A DNA stretch of 64,000 nucleotides from Macrostomum hystrix (lineage: Eukaryota > Animalia > Platyhelminthes). Positions 62,601 through 64,000 of this stretch are shown here, in pieces. The DNA is taken from the NCBI GenBank assembly GCA_950097015.1, contig CATNEN010000001.1, positions 17,980,001-18,044,000 of the forward strand, given 5' to 3'. Below the pieces are notes generated by a model. That model made no database searches. It saw only the letters and a list, made by a program, of their open reading frames with translations, and was not told the origin of the DNA. Position numbers and translations under genes: made by a program. The stretch's first letter is position 1. Each line of letters starts with the position of its first letter.

Positions 62601-64000
62601 TCCCCAGCAGCCACCGTCATCAAGTTCGGGATTTCCCCAGCAGCCACCGTCATCAAGTGCGGGATTTCCCCAGCAGCCACAGTCATCAAGTTCGGGATTT
62701 CCCCAGCAGCCACAGTCATCAAGTTCGGGATTTCCCCAGCAGCCACCGTCATCAAGTGCGGGATTTCCCCAGCAGCCACAGTCATCAAGTTCGGGATTTC
62801 CCCAGCAGCCACCGTCATCAAGCGCGGGATTTCCCCAGCAGCCAACATCATCAAGCGCCGGATTTCCCCAGCAGCCACCATCATCATGTGCAGGATTTCC
62901 CCAGCAGCCACCATCATCATGTGCAGGATTTCCCCAGCAGCAAATCATTTCGAATTCGGGATTTCCACAGCAGTCAGCTTCCATGACAGCGGGACATTCG
63001 CAGCAGCTAGCAGTATCTATGATGGGATTCTCCCAGCAACAGGGAGCTACACCTGGATTTCCGCAGTTTCCCGAATCTTCTTTGGGAAGATTTAGTGGTG
63101 TCTCTCAACAGCAGGCCAACTCCTCAGCAGGATTTCCTCAGCGTCAGCAGCTTTCCTCTTGGGGATTTTCCCAGCTTCCTGAAACATCGACTGGCGCGTT
63201 TTCTCAGCCTATGCAAACGGTTTTTGCTGCCAATGCGTCGCCCCAGCAACCCAGCGTGTCAGGGCTTCGATTTCCTCAGCAGCCAGGAACGTCCAGTGCA
63301 GGACTTCCTGGAAATTCCTCAGGTTCTCAACAGCCAGCACCCGAAAAGTCTAGTTACCCCCAGCAACCAGGACCTTCTGTTGGAGCATTTCCACAACAAC
63401 AGTCAGTTTCGACCGGAGGATTCCCCCAGCAACCGTCAGTTTCGACCTGGGGATTCCCACAGCAACCAGCAGCATCAATCGGAGGATTCCCCCAGCAACC
63501 GTCAGTTTCGACCGCGGGTTTCCCCCAACAACAGTCAATATCGAACGGAGAATTCCGCCAGCAAGCGTCAGTATCGACCGGGGGATTCCCCCCGCAACCG
63601 TCAGTTTCGACCGGGGGATTCCCCCAGCAACCGTCAGTTTCGACCGCGGGGTTCCCCCAGAAACCGTCAGTATCGACCGGGGCATTCCCCCAGCAACAGT
63701 CAGTTTCGACGGGAGGATTCTCTCAGCAACCGGGAAATTTCGTTAATAACTATCCCCAACAACCAGCCGGTTTTTCATCTGTGCCGAACCAGTTTGTTCA
63801 GCCGCAGCAGCCACCACTTGTCGAGCCACTGAAACCTCAGCAGCAACAGCAGCAGCAGCAGCAGCCTTGCAGCCTTCCAGCAGTGCGACCCACAGGGTTT
63901 GCCCAGCAGCCAGTATTAAACACTGAGGCAGCCAAGCCATCTTCTGGTGCCTCAACACCCCAGCAGCAGCAGCAGCAGCAGCAGCATCAGCAGCAGCAAG
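53675..64000 (+). CDS. PTPN23: HD-PTP/PTPN23 (Bro1 + V domain + Pro/Gln-rich region); 3' end beyond the window
   Basis: Exons 53675-53758 (MEGAPRIPM, cf. human MEAVPRMPM), 54627-54701, 54781-54908 (KKYYGQLQLLKSRFPM), 55112-55511 (DIRFEEAAVLYNIG...ACTHF..AA; AQAQEC), 56945-57235 (KDNNLIYH), 58302-58526 (GPDLFKRLVP...ASSVYSEE), 59180-59563, 60017-60445, then 61378 onwards, open to the window end (PRLKDFLPFMKP, GFPQQP repeats). Confidence 0.92.
54942..55070. repeat. 33-bp repeat, 4 copies, in PTPN23 intron 3
   Basis: GGGAGTGTCTGCATGTAGACTGGGATTTGGGAT visible in tandem. Confidence 0.85.
55620..56470. repeat. 44-bp (2x22) minisatellite (GAATTCAGGGCTTAGTTTCTAAGAATGCAATGTATGGTTTCTTA) in PTPN23 intron 4
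   Basis: Directly visible; core array ~55740-56470 with degenerate 22-mers on both sides. Confidence 0.95.
57280..58235. repeat. ~20-bp purine-rich minisatellite (AGTAGACTGGGAGGTAGAGA) in PTPN23 intron 5
   Basis: Directly visible. Confidence 0.9.
58570..59145. repeat. 21-bp G-rich minisatellite (GGGTAGACTGGGAGGTGGAGT) in PTPN23 intron 6
   Basis: Directly visible. Confidence 0.95.
59567..59750. repeat. 30-bp minisatellite (AGCTGTACTCCAGTCATTTGTTTGGTCATT) starting at the donor of PTPN23 intron 7
   Basis: Directly visible. Confidence 0.9.
60456..61310. repeat. 20-bp minisatellite (CTCACCTGTTATCCCGTACT) filling PTPN23 intron 8
   Basis: Directly visible. Confidence 0.95.
62130..62975 (+). repeat. 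In-frame 33-bp coding repeat (GFPQQPPSSSS/A)n in the PTPN23 proline-rich exon; a related (GGFPQQPSVSTG) repeat at ~63400-63735
   Basis: Reads GGA TTT CCC CAG CAG CCA CCG TCA TCA AGT in the frame continuing from 61378, with no stops. Confidence 0.88.

Noticed and set aside
62096-63958. Minus-strand and alternative-frame ORFs (MTVAAGEIP..., DDGGCWGNP..., 63095..63832)
   Set aside because: Shadows of the PTPN23 + strand coding repeat, whose frame is fixed by the acceptor at 61377/61378 and the RLKDFL motif.

Overview
Eukaryotic (invertebrate animal) genomic DNA with GT-AG introns, tRNA-derived SINEs and many minisatellite arrays. The overall style suggests a free-living flatworm such as Macrostomum, but this is inference only. 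Genes assembled by hand from splice sites: the 5' two exons of a Mad/Mxi (MXD) bHLH-Zip repressor (- strand, runs off the left edge); two tandem RNF217-like RBR E3 ligases (-); hnRNP L/smooth (-); two intronless secreted PAN/apple-like + LamG/pentraxin-like genes in inverted, divergent orientation; an 11-exon divergent ionotropic glutamate receptor-family gene lying between that pair (+); and PTPN23/HD-PTP (+, runs off the right edge). Most long ORFs in the supplied track are read-through of minisatellites and are rejected. The most unusual signal is that both paralog pairs are sharp mosaics: GC-rich coding tracts about 99% identical (893 bp and 509 bp) abut strongly diverged coding sequence. 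This suggests domain-restricted gene conversion. In the inverted pair, the geometry could flip the ~11 kb receptor-containing interval and swap promoters/N-termini between variable C-termini. Also notable: a hAT MITE carrying a minisatellite found at other loci, four 20-bp arrays sharing a CACC(T/G)GTTA core, and an intronic array of TTCnnnGAA palindromes.
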